Shown here: piece after piece, positions 20,010 to 28,779 of the stretch | How positions within the stretch are numbered: the stretch's first letter is position 1 | Layout: each line of letters begins with the position of its first letter | Program-made: the position numbers and the translations under genes | The notes under the pieces: generated by a model | What the model was told of the DNA's origin: nothing | Database searches by the model: none | What the model saw: only the letters and a program-made list of their open reading frames with translations | Assembly (NCBI GenBank): GCA_963422395.1 | Contig: OY729431.1 | Location: 1,920,001-1,984,000 of the forward strand | Direction: 5' to 3' | DNA: 64,000 nt | From: Vicinamibacteria bacterium | GTDB lineage: Bacteria; Acidobacteriota; Vicinamibacteria; Marinacidobacterales; Marinacidobacteraceae

Positions 20010-20570
20010 TCAAAGAAATCCGCGGCGCTCGGCAACGGCGGCCTCCCGAACAATCGAGCTTGCCGGTGACGACATCGGCGACGAGCCGCATCCGGTATTC
20101 CTCGACCCGCTCGATCTGGAGGCGGGTTCGCTCGATGGCGCGGTCGAGAGCTGCGGTCGCGCGGTCCAGGTACGCGGCGATGGCCCGCTGCTCCGCCAGC
20201 GGCGGAACAGGGACTGGCAGGACAGCGAATCTCCCCTCCGCAACTGCCGGATAGACAACACCTACCGACTCCCGCATCACGCTGTCAGTGAAACCGATGC
20301 TCTGAGTAACAAAGGTCACGAACATCGGATCGGTGTCCGGTTTCGGGGTCAGCACGATAAATCCAGTCGAACAGATGATGTCCGTAGCGGCTGAAGGCAA
20401 CGTCCAGCCGCTCGAAGATAGGTACGGACTGCCGAAACGATCGTGTCTCCTTTCCTTACGATGCGCCGCGCTCGCGAGGGCGCCACCGAGAACCGGAGCT
20501 GCGACGGCGGCTCGAGCAGTACACCCTGTCCCACCGACCCGATATCTATGTAAGAGAAATGGTAAACGAG
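20010..20570 (-). pseudogene. hsdS: type I restriction specificity subunit, 3' half, frameshifted
   Basis: FSYIDIGSV...APSRARRIVRKGDTIVSAVRTYLRA / STGFIVL...PPLAEQRAIAAYLD...EYRMRLVADVVTGKLD. Confidence 0.85.
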
Positions 20571-20745
20571 CGTGAAAATCCCCCGCGGCGAGTGCCTCTC
20601 CCACCGAGGCGGTGTTCCGCGCGACGATCTCCTCGAGGAAGCTGTCTCGGAGAACGGGCTTTTCGGCCGCGACCCACGCCGCTCGAAACCCATGAGGTTC
20701 CGTAGGATGTTTCGATGCGTACTGTCATGATGCTATGATGCGCCC

Positions 20746-21009
20746 ATGCGCACCACATTGACGATCGAAGATGACATCCTGCGGGAACTGAGGCGCCTCG
20801 CCCACTCCCGGAGAGTTTCCCTGACCCGCATCGCCAACGAAACGCTGGGCGCCGGGCTGGCCCGGGCGGCCGCCGCCCAAGCGCCGCGACGGTTCCGGCA
20901 GCGAGTCTTCGATCTGGGAGAGCCGATGGTGAATCTGGACCACGCACTTCGGATCGCCGCGGCGCTGGAAGACGAAGAGACAGCTCGTGAAATGGCCGCC
21001 GAACAGTGA
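20746..21009 (+). CDS. VapB-type ribbon-helix-helix antitoxin
   Basis: MRTTLTIEDDIL. Coupled to a PIN toxin and preceded by TGCTATGAT 6 nt upstream. Confidence 0.85.
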   Translation: MRTTLTIEDDILRELRRLAHSRRVSLTRIANETLGAGLARAAAAQAPRRFRQRVFDLGEPMVNLDHALRIAAALEDEETAREMAAEQ

Positions 21010-21443
21010 CCGTCGTCGATCTGAATGTCCTCCTCTACGCCGTCAACTCCTCTGCACGCAGGCATCGGGTTGCACGCGAATGGCTGGAAACGGCGATCGG
21101 CAGTGATGAGCCGACCGGGCTTGCCTGGACCGTTCTGCTGGGCTTTCTCCGTCTGAGTACGCGCCGCGGAATCATCTCGCAACCCCTCGGCGTGGAAGCG
21201 GCCAGCCGCCTGGTCGCCGACTGGCTCGCCGAGCCCGGCGTGCGCCTGGTAACCGAGACCGAAGAGCACTGGCGGCATCTCAGCGACCTGCTCGCACACA
21301 CCGGAACCGGCGGCAACCTCACCACCGATGCCCACCTCGCGGCCATCGCCATCTCCCGTGGCGCCACCCTGGTCTCTTTCGGCCACGACTTCGACCGCTT
21401 CCCGGGCCTTCGCTGGTTGAACCTTTCCGCAAAGCCCATCTGA
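21006..21443 (+). CDS. vapC: VapC PIN-domain toxin
   Basis: VDLNVLLYA...GFLRLST...GNLTTDAHLAAIA..DFDRFPGL. Confidence 0.9.
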   Translation: MTVVDLNVLLYAVNSSARRHRVAREWLETAIGSDEPTGLAWTVLLGFLRLSTRRGIISQPLGVEAASRLVADWLAEPGVRLVTETEEHWRHLSDLLAHTGTGGNLTTDAHLAAIAISRGATLVSFGHDFDRFPGLRWLNLSAKPI

Positions 21444-21533
21444 CCTATGAATGGAAGCTGATATAGCGATCGATGTCGTTCGAGTGACTTCGTAGTATGG
21501 GGATATGGGTATGGGGATGCGTCGAGTGGAAAT

Positions 21534-23795
21534 TCATCGGGCGGGAGCGATGCTGGTCCCGTGGTAGTAGTGCGCCAGGATCTCACGGTAGTCGGCGCCG
21601 GCCGCGGCCATCCCGTACGCACCCGCCTGACACAACCCGAGCCCGTGGCCCCAACCGCGTCCGGTGAACCACCACTCGATCACTTCTCCTTCGCCGTGCC
21701 GACGCGGTTCGGCGAAAAACAGGTTCTCGGAGATCCCGAGGAGCCGCCGGATCTGGAGCCCGCGAGCTTCCCACTCCCCTTCGGTGCCCACGAAGCGGAG
21801 CCGCACGATCCGCCCGGATCGGCCGTATTCCAGCGGCTCGAGCGCCACGATCTCTCCGATCGGGCGCACGCGGGCGACCGCGGCGGAGAGATCGCGGTTG
21901 TTCTTCGGAACCAGCCAGGTGCTCTGCCGGGAGAAGCGGTCGAGCGCGTCGCCGCGGTCTTCGAGGATCAGGGCCTCGAACTCGATCCCGGCTTCGTCAT
22001 CTGGCCGAGAGGCGGCCTCCCCGGGCCGAGGTCGGTATCGCACGAAGTCGCCCACCCGCAGGCGGAGGCGCCCTACCGGGACGGCGAGGGGAGCAGGATC
22101 CGCGCGTCCCGGGATCCGGACAGGACGCACTTCCCGAAAAAGCCGAGCCTCCGAAGCCGGTTCGATCCAGAGAAGGTCCCGATCCCGGTCGGGAGGACCG
22201 CTCCTCTCGGGCTCTACCGCGATTCCGCCGGCGCCGGCCTCACGGACCTGTCCGCGCCGGAAGAGGCCGGGATCCCGACCGAGCAGGCGGGCGGCGAAAC
22301 CGACCACTTCCCGGCGGCTCACCGTCCGACGGGGATCGAGGCCCGCTTCGCTGGGGTCGAAGAGGCCCTCGGCGAGCAGCCGGCCCACCGCGGGCGGCCC
22401 GCCTCCCGCCAACGCGCTTCCATCCGGCCCCGGTCCGCGGTACAGCCCCTCCGGATTTCGACACCGAACCGCCTCCACGAGCTCGGCGAAGCGGCCGAGA
22501 GTCAGGGGCCCGGCGGGTGTTGCCTCCGCCGGATCGACCTCGCAGACCGGGAGGCCGAACCACTCCACCGCCGCCGCCACGATCCCGAGGGCCTCCTCGA
22601 GGGAAACCGGTTCCCCGAGACCGGAGCCGGAGAAGCCGTCGGGGAGGGCTCCCGCCATCCGGGCCACGGCAGCGTCGAGAGGGTCGTCGGCGGGGGCCGG
22701 GGAGATCAGGGTCGCCCCGCCTGCTTCGCGGACGCAGGCGCGCGCCACCAGGTACGGCGTCGGCGTGGAGAAGACATTCTCGGCATTTTCGGTGTGGCCG
22801 CCGCAGGCGGCGGTATAGAGAGCATCGATGAGCTTCCCGTCGTGGTACAGGACTTCACCGGCGGTTTCGCGCACCGCGGCGTCGGTCAGTGGATGCTCCG
22901 CCGCGGCGCCGCCGTACACCTGGCAGGCAGGGCCGCTGCAGATGTCGTAGCCGCGGTCCCGATAGACCTCTCGCGGGCGCAGCGCATAGGTGCGGGCGGC
23001 GAGCGCCTGCGCTTTCAGCGCCGCCAGCTCGGGGAAGAGGTCCGGAGGCAGTTCGGAGGGAACGACGCCGCGCAGGTACTCCTCGAGCGGCACCCGATTC
23101 ACCACCGTCACGCCGTCACCGCGCCGGTAGAGGATCAGGACACCCCGGTACGGTCTTCCCTCCCATTCGAGGAACCCGCCGGCCGCGGGCGGCTCGACGG
23201 TCAGGGTGACGCCGCCGGGGATCCGGAGCGCAGCACCGCCGAGAGGTCGGATCAGGAGCGCATCACCGGAGGCCGCCGGCAGCTGGAACACCCCGGCCTG
23301 GGGGAAGCCTTCGGCGCGCAGCCGCTCGGCCTGCGCCTCCCAGGACTCACCCGGGGCCGGGGAAGCGAGCACCGCGAGGGTGCGGCCGGTGTCCGGATGC
23401 CGGGCCATGCGCACCCCGCTCTCGCTGCCCTGCGTTTCCCGAAAGGAGGATGCGGCTCCCCGGGCCCGCTCTTCGTTCGAGAAGGAACCGAGCGCGAGAA
23501 CCCGGACGCTCCCTTCGGTCTCGGGCGAAACGACGACCTCGACCGCCTCGATACGCAGATCCCCCGCTCGCAGGAAAAACGCCGACGGCGCCGAGATGCG
23601 CGCCGCCGGGACTCCGTCCGCGAGGCCGACGCGCAGCGCGGGGTTCGGCCCATCCTGCGCGAACCGACCCTCACCCGCTGCTGCCAGCCCGGAAAGGAAC
23701 GCGAGCACGGACGCTCCGGCTCGAAGAGCCCGTGAGCGGGCGCCTCCTCCCGGGCCTCTCCCGGGAAGAGCGCTCCGCTTCCAGGCAGTGCGCAT
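21534..23795 (-). CDS. SpoIID/LytB domain peptidoglycan-lytic protein
   Basis: LEEYLRGVVPSE, ALKAQALAARTYA, CQVYGG and GRGWGHGLGLCQAGA motifs. Confidence 0.88.
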   Translation of the reverse strand: MRTAWKRSALPGRGPGGGARSRALRAGASVLAFLSGLAAAGEGRFAQDGPNPALRVGLADGVPAARISAPSAFFLRAGDLRIEAVEVVVSPETEGSVRVLALGSFSNEERARGAASSFRETQGSESGVRMARHPDTGRTLAVLASPAPGESWEAQAERLRAEGFPQAGVFQLPAASGDALLIRPLGGAALRIPGGVTLTVEPPAAGGFLEWEGRPYRGVLILYRRGDGVTVVNRVPLEEYLRGVVPSELPPDLFPELAALKAQALAARTYALRPREVYRDRGYDICSGPACQVYGGAAAEHPLTDAAVRETAGEVLYHDGKLIDALYTAACGGHTENAENVFSTPTPYLVARACVREAGGATLISPAPADDPLDAAVARMAGALPDGFSGSGLGEPVSLEEALGIVAAAVEWFGLPVCEVDPAEATPAGPLTLGRFAELVEAVRCRNPEGLYRGPGPDGSALAGGGPPAVGRLLAEGLFDPSEAGLDPRRTVSRREVVGFAARLLGRDPGLFRRGQVREAGAGGIAVEPERSGPPDRDRDLLWIEPASEARLFREVRPVRIPGRADPAPLAVPVGRLRLRVGDFVRYRPRPGEAASRPDDEAGIEFEALILEDRGDALDRFSRQSTWLVPKNNRDLSAAVARVRPIGEIVALEPLEYGRSGRIVRLRFVGTEGEWEARGLQIRRLLGISENLFFAEPRRHGEGEVIEWWFTGRGWGHGLGLCQAGAYGMAAAGADYREILAHYYHGTSIAPAR

Positions 23796-23858
23796 CGCTC
23801 CGCGCTGCCCATCCACGCCCTCGCGGACCCTAGCCACGCAGACCCTCACCACCGACAG

Positions 23859-25121
23859 CTATCTGGAGAAGAGATCGTAGGGCTGTTCGTTGTACCAAAA
23901 GACCAGCATGATCTCGAAGTCGGATCCGGGATAGTCGTCGGGGAGCGGCAGCAGCTGGGCGCCGCGCAGAGCGCCGACCGCAGCGTTGTCGAAGCCGGCC
24001 ACCCCCGACGGCACCACGACCTGCAACCAGGCGATCTCGCCGCTTCGCAGCACGCTGATGGCGATCGCCACATGCCCCCGCTCGTAGGTGGCCGCATAGG
24101 GGATGTACCAGTTTCGGCGGACCTCGGCGATGAGCCGGCCGATCCAGGGCACCAGATTCGCTCCCCGGTCGTCGTAGTAGAGGGTGTTGTTCCGGTTGGA
24201 CACCAGTCCCCCCTCGGGGTTGCGGAAACGCTTGTCTTCCAGAAACCGCCAGATGTCGGTGGGAGTCCCCTGCTTTCGGCGCTCCGCTTCCGCCTGGATG
24301 CGGGCCTTCGTCCGGGCCATTTCGTCGCCTCGCTCCCGTACCGAAGCGGCGGGGTCGTGGATTCGTCGGCGGAAGGCGTCGGCGTCGAAGCGGAGATCCG
24401 GGGGGGAGGCCGCGTCCGCTGCTGCCGCCGCCGCGTCCGCTTCCGGTGCCGCTTCCGGTGCCGGCTGCTCGGCGATCAGGAGGGGCGGCTCGGGCTCTTG
24501 GGCTCCGGCAGGCTCCGAATTCGGGGCCTCGGGGTCGTCTCCCCTTTCCCGGTCGGTGAAGAACTCTTCGGAATCTCCCTGAGAAAACGGCAGATCGTTC
24601 TGAAAGCCGGTGTTCGGGGCGGCGATCATGGCTTCGGGAATCACGAGAGGAGGAGCGGGGTCTGCGGGCGGCGGAAGGGCGGCCTCCTCCTCTGCTGCGG
24701 GCGCCGGCGCCGCTTCCGGAGCGGGCAGCGGAAGCGGAGTGGGTGCCGCAGCCTCTTCGAGAGGCGGCGCCTCGAAGGCATAGAGCAGCGGATCTTCCTC
24801 GACCGGCGCGAAGGGGGCAGAGTCCTCGCCTCCGGCAGGCAGGCCCAACCCGAACGCCAGCGCGAGAATCAGCGAGTGGAACACTGCCGAAACCCCGGCG
24901 CCCACGAAACGCCGCCTTTCGGAGGCGCCGAGGAGCCCCTCCACCGCCCCCCCCCGACTGAGACCCGAAAGCGTGGAAGGCGACAGGGCCTTCGGCAGCT
25001 TCCGGCGGGGACCCGCGCCCTGCCGCCGGCGGAAGGGAGGCGCGCCGGTGCGCCGTTCGCGGGAAGAGCTGGCGCGGCGTCCTGGGTCCACCAGGCCGAG
25101 CTCGCGAATTCCCGAACTCAT
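23859..25121 (-). CDS. TonB/TolA-like C-terminal domain membrane protein
   Basis: TM segment SAVFHSLILALAF, Pro/Glu-rich linker, C-terminal VRRNWYIP..SGVAGFDNAAVGAL. Confidence 0.75.
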   Translation of the reverse strand: MSSGIRELGLVDPGRRASSSRERRTGAPPFRRRQGAGPRRKLPKALSPSTLSGLSRGGAVEGLLGASERRRFVGAGVSAVFHSLILALAFGLGLPAGGEDSAPFAPVEEDPLLYAFEAPPLEEAAAPTPLPLPAPEAAPAPAAEEEAALPPPADPAPPLVIPEAMIAAPNTGFQNDLPFSQGDSEEFFTDRERGDDPEAPNSEPAGAQEPEPPLLIAEQPAPEAAPEADAAAAAADAASPPDLRFDADAFRRRIHDPAASVRERGDEMARTKARIQAEAERRKQGTPTDIWRFLEDKRFRNPEGGLVSNRNNTLYYDDRGANLVPWIGRLIAEVRRNWYIPYAATYERGHVAIAISVLRSGEIAWLQVVVPSGVAGFDNAAVGALRGAQLLPLPDDYPGSDFEIMLVFWYNEQPYDLFSR

Positions 25122-25561
25122 CGTTCGGGGGACGAGGCGGGTTCTCCGCCGTCATCGCCGAAGCGTCCCAGGTGGAGGACGGACTGGACCGCTCGCTGCC
25201 CGGCTATCGCCGCGGTGGCTTCGAAGCGATGGACCGCGCCCTCGGTCCCGGTGGGGACCACCGTGAGTTCGAGCGTGTCGCCCGGCAGGACCCGGCGGCG
25301 GAAACGAACCGCAGGGACTTCCAGCAGCACCCAGGACCCCGCTGCCGAGGGAAACCGGTCCGCGAGGAACCTCCGGGCGCACTCGGCGAAAGCCTCCAGG
25401 ACGAAGACCCCGGGAACCACCGGAGCGCCCGGAAAGTGCCCGGCGAAAAAGGGCTCCTGCTCGGGAAACCGCCGCTTCGCGACGATCCGGAGGGGGTCGG
25501 ATTCCCCGCTCCCCAGCTCGATCTCATCGAGCAGGGGCCGCACCCCCTCGAAGCTCGTCAT
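25118..25561 (-). CDS. fabZ: 3-hydroxyacyl-ACP dehydratase FabZ family
   Basis: EPFFAGHFPGAPVVPGVFVLEAFA and RFRRRVLPGD motifs. Adjacent to skp and bamA. Confidence 0.8.
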   Translation of the reverse strand: MTSFEGVRPLLDEIELGSGESDPLRIVAKRRFPEQEPFFAGHFPGAPVVPGVFVLEAFAECARRFLADRFPSAAGSWVLLEVPAVRFRRRVLPGDTLELTVVPTGTEGAVHRFEATAAIAGQRAVQSVLHLGRFGDDGGEPASSPER

Positions 25562-25731
25562 TACCGCCCCGCTGCCCGCCCCCTCGGGGAGGCGCTCCGC
25601 TCAACGACCCGCGGGAAAAGCGCGCTGCCCTCCCGACACACCGAGAGATACCGACCGAAAGGCCCCCCGGCAACGGTTCACCCCACGGCGATCCCGCGCT
25701 CTGTCGTCCACGGGCCAGTCAGGTTCCCGCT

Positions 25732-26259
25732 TCAGGGCTCGCTCTGGCCTTCGCTCAGGGCGTTGAACCGGGTGATCACCGCACCCGATATGTCGAGCGC
25801 AGGATCCATGATGAAGGTGAGGCCGGGAGTGACGCGGAGGATGAGCTGGATGTCCTGCTCGCGGGCGATCTCCTCGACGACCGGGCCGAGTTCCTGCTCG
25901 AGAGCGGCGAAACCCGTGGTCTGCTTCTCGTTGAAGTCCCGCTGCTGGTCCTCGAGCCAGCGCTGCAGATCGGTCTGCTTGCGCTCGATGTCGCGGGTCA
26001 GATCGGCGCGCGCCTCCTGGGAGAGCAGCTGGGAACCGGCCCGGTTCGTCAGGTCGCGAATCTCCTGCTCGCGGCTCTCGCGGGCACGCAGGATCTCTTC
26101 CTGCAGCGATTGCAGCTCCGTGAACATGGTTTGGCCTTTCGCGGATTCCTGCGCGATGCGGTCGATGTCGATCACCGCCACTCGAGTGGCCTGCCCCGCC
26201 GCGACGGCCGGAAGGCCGAGAAGGAATCCGGCAAGTGCCGCCGGAAGAAAACGGTTCAT
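25732..26259 (-). CDS. skp: OmpH/Skp periplasmic chaperone
   Basis: Signal peptide, RVAVIDIDRI, coiled coil, LDISGAVI. Follows bamA. Confidence 0.88.
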   Translation of the reverse strand: MNRFLPAALAGFLLGLPAVAAGQATRVAVIDIDRIAQESAKGQTMFTELQSLQEEILRARESREQEIRDLTNRAGSQLLSQEARADLTRDIERKQTDLQRWLEDQQRDFNEKQTTGFAALEQELGPVVEEIAREQDIQLILRVTPGLTFIMDPALDISGAVITRFNALSEGQSEP

Positions 26260-26334
26260 CACCCTGGTCAACTCCTGAACGCTGAATCAGCCTGAAACTG
26301 CGGGCCGCTCCCCGCTACGGCCCCCGGAAGGTGG

Positions 26335-28779
26335 TCAGAAGGTCGTTCCGATCCCGAAGACGAAAGCCGTGGGCCGGTGGTAATAGTCCCGGTGAGGATT
26401 GTAAGCGAAGATCAGCCGGAACGGCACATTGAGCATCGGGATGAAGACCCGCATTTCGATCCCGGTGGAGGTGCGGAAGTTCTGAAGCATCGAGAAGCTC
26501 CAGGACTGCTCCTCGGCGAAGGCGTTGCCGGCGTCGAAGAACAGGATGGCCCGGAGAGGTCCGGCCAGCGGGATCGCGTACTCGGCGTTGAAGAGGAGCA
26601 TCTTGTTGCCGCCGAGGAGCTGGCCGCGTTCGTTGCGGGGCCCGACCGAGCGGATGTAGTAGCCCCGGATCTGGTATTCGCCGCCGAGGAAGAAGCGGTT
26701 GTAGTAGGGGACCCCGGTCTGCTCCACATTGAAGATGTCGAGCTCCTCACCTTTCGGCGGAGGGGTGCCGCCATAGCCGTGCAGGTAACTGCCCATCAGC
26801 CGGACCCCGAGCGAAGTGGCGCCTACGACCCGGGTGTGGAGCACGGTCTCCAGCGTGGGTTTGTAGTAGTGGACATTCCCGCCCAGCTGGCCGCCGGCCA
26901 CATCGAAGGACGCGGTGAGCTTGCGGCCGGTGCTCGGGAAGATCGGGTGGTCCACCGTGTTGTACACGAAGGTCGGGCTGATCTTGCTCTCCCGGAAGTT
27001 GCCCGACAGGCCGTAGAACCGGGGATCGAGGTAGGTGCTGTTGTAGTAGAGGTCGTAGAGGTTGAGGACGATGTCCGGATCCGGCTCGCGGATGGTGATC
27101 ACCGAGTAGCCGTAGTTGAGGAAAGCGCGCGACCAGCGGCCGATGGGAATGCCGAAGACCAGCCGCCCGCCGATGTCGTCGCGGGTGAACTCCCTCAGCT
27201 TCAAGGTCCGCTTGAAGACATCGAAGCCGAGGGTGACCGGCTTGTCCATGAAGTACGGATCGGTGATCGCGATCTGGTAGTTCTGCGTGCGCCGCCCGGT
27301 CTGGATGGTGAAGTTGGCGGTCTCGCCCCGGCCGAGGAAATTCGTGGTTCCGAACGAGGCGTTCACGAACACTCCCTCGAGACCCGAGACCCCGGCGCCG
27401 AAGGTGAGCTGGTTCCGGTTCTCCTCGACGAGATCGAGGGTGACATCGAGCCGGGTCTCGTCGTCCGGGCTCGGCTCGATCTCGGGTTGCTCGATGGGCC
27501 GGAAGTAGCCGAGCTGGTTGATGCGCTGGATGGACGCCTTGAGCAGCTCCATGTTCATGATGTCCTGCTCGTTGAGCCACATCTCGCGGCGGATCACCCG
27601 GTCCTTGGTGGTCGAATTCCCCCGGAACTCGATGCGGTTCACGAGGAACTGGTCCTCCTCGGCCAGGTTCACCACCACATCCACCACCCGCGCCTCGGGC
27701 CGGCGGTGCCAGGTCGGAAAGCCGGTGAACTGCACATAGCCCCGGGCGCCGTAGATCTCGCGCAGCGAATCGAGACCCTTCGTCACCCGGGACTCGTCGT
27801 ACACCTCCCCGGTCTCGAACGGGAAGAAGCTCCGCACCAGATCGGCGGGAAACACCTCGGCGCCCTCCACCGTGATCTCGCCGACCCGGTACTGCTCGCC
27901 CTCGACCACCGGAATCGTGATGTCCATCCATCGCTTCGGGCGCTTCCAGAACAGGAAGGACCGCGAAAAGCCGTCTTCGTATTCGAACTGCGGCGGACCG
28001 AAGGAAACATCGAGATAGCCGCGTTTCAGATACTCCTGCCGGACACTCTCGATGTCCTCGGCGTACTGCTCTTCGGTGTAGGTGGACCCGCCGAGCAGCG
28101 CTCCGAGCGCGTGGCTCTCCCGCGTCTTCTTCATCGCCCAGCGCAGCACCCAGTCGTCGAGCGCGAAGGCGCCCTCGAAGCGGATGCGGCGGATCCGGAT
28201 CTGCTGTTCGTCGCGGATGTCGAAGACCACACGGACGCCATTCGGCTGTTCGCTGATGTCGCTCGTCACCGCACCTTCGGTGCGGCCCTCGTCCACCAGC
28301 ATCTCTTCGATGATGTCGCGGGCGCGGACCACCTTCTCCGGATCGTAGGGAGCGCCTACCTCGATCTCGTTCCCTTCCTCCTCGAACTTTTCGAGGATGT
28401 CGTCGTCGTCGAGCTCCTCCGAGCCGACGAACTCGAGGCTCACCAGCCGCGGCCGTTCGTGGACCACGAACACGACCCGCTTGCCCCGTTCGCCGTCCCG
28501 CAGCTCGAGGCGGAGATCGTCGGCGAAACCGGTGTTCCAGAGGGTGCGGAATTCGGCCCGGAGCGCTTCCCGGTCCACCGGATCGCCCGGCTTCACCGTG
28601 AGATGCGCGAGCCAGGCATCGGTGGCGATCAGGTCGTTCCCCTCGATCACCACCGCCTCGACGGTTTCCTGCTGCGCGGGTAGGAACCCCGGGGGCGGCC
28701 CGCCGGCGGCAGCGGTTCCGGCTCCGAGCAGCACGGGCAGCAGCGCCGCCATCGCTGCGGCGAGGGAGAAGCGGGTCAT
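26335..28779 (-). CDS. bamA: outer membrane protein assembly factor BamA
   Basis: POTRA repeats (GNSTTKDRVIRRE), barrel motif IRGY, C-terminal Phe. ATG at 28779 overlaps the clpC stop. Confidence 0.95.
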   Translation of the reverse strand: MTRFSLAAAMAALLPVLLGAGTAAAGGPPPGFLPAQQETVEAVVIEGNDLIATDAWLAHLTVKPGDPVDREALRAEFRTLWNTGFADDLRLELRDGERGKRVVFVVHERPRLVSLEFVGSEELDDDDILEKFEEEGNEIEVGAPYDPEKVVRARDIIEEMLVDEGRTEGAVTSDISEQPNGVRVVFDIRDEQQIRIRRIRFEGAFALDDWVLRWAMKKTRESHALGALLGGSTYTEEQYAEDIESVRQEYLKRGYLDVSFGPPQFEYEDGFSRSFLFWKRPKRWMDITIPVVEGEQYRVGEITVEGAEVFPADLVRSFFPFETGEVYDESRVTKGLDSLREIYGARGYVQFTGFPTWHRRPEARVVDVVVNLAEEDQFLVNRIEFRGNSTTKDRVIRREMWLNEQDIMNMELLKASIQRINQLGYFRPIEQPEIEPSPDDETRLDVTLDLVEENRNQLTFGAGVSGLEGVFVNASFGTTNFLGRGETANFTIQTGRRTQNYQIAITDPYFMDKPVTLGFDVFKRTLKLREFTRDDIGGRLVFGIPIGRWSRAFLNYGYSVITIREPDPDIVLNLYDLYYNSTYLDPRFYGLSGNFRESKISPTFVYNTVDHPIFPSTGRKLTASFDVAGGQLGGNVHYYKPTLETVLHTRVVGATSLGVRLMGSYLHGYGGTPPPKGEELDIFNVEQTGVPYYNRFFLGGEYQIRGYYIRSVGPRNERGQLLGGNKMLLFNAEYAIPLAGPLRAILFFDAGNAFAEEQSWSFSMLQNFRTSTGIEMRVFIPMLNVPFRLIFAYNPHRDYYHRPTAFVFGIGTTF

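Noticed and set aside
14665-21443. Integron cassette array or hsdS shufflon
   Set aside because: No intact integrase/invertase and no attC-like sites were recognised, and the hsdS tails are direct rather than inverted repeats
25700-25721. Further MITE end between skp and fabZ
   Set aside because: Only a 12-nt match (GCCCGTGGACGA), too short to support
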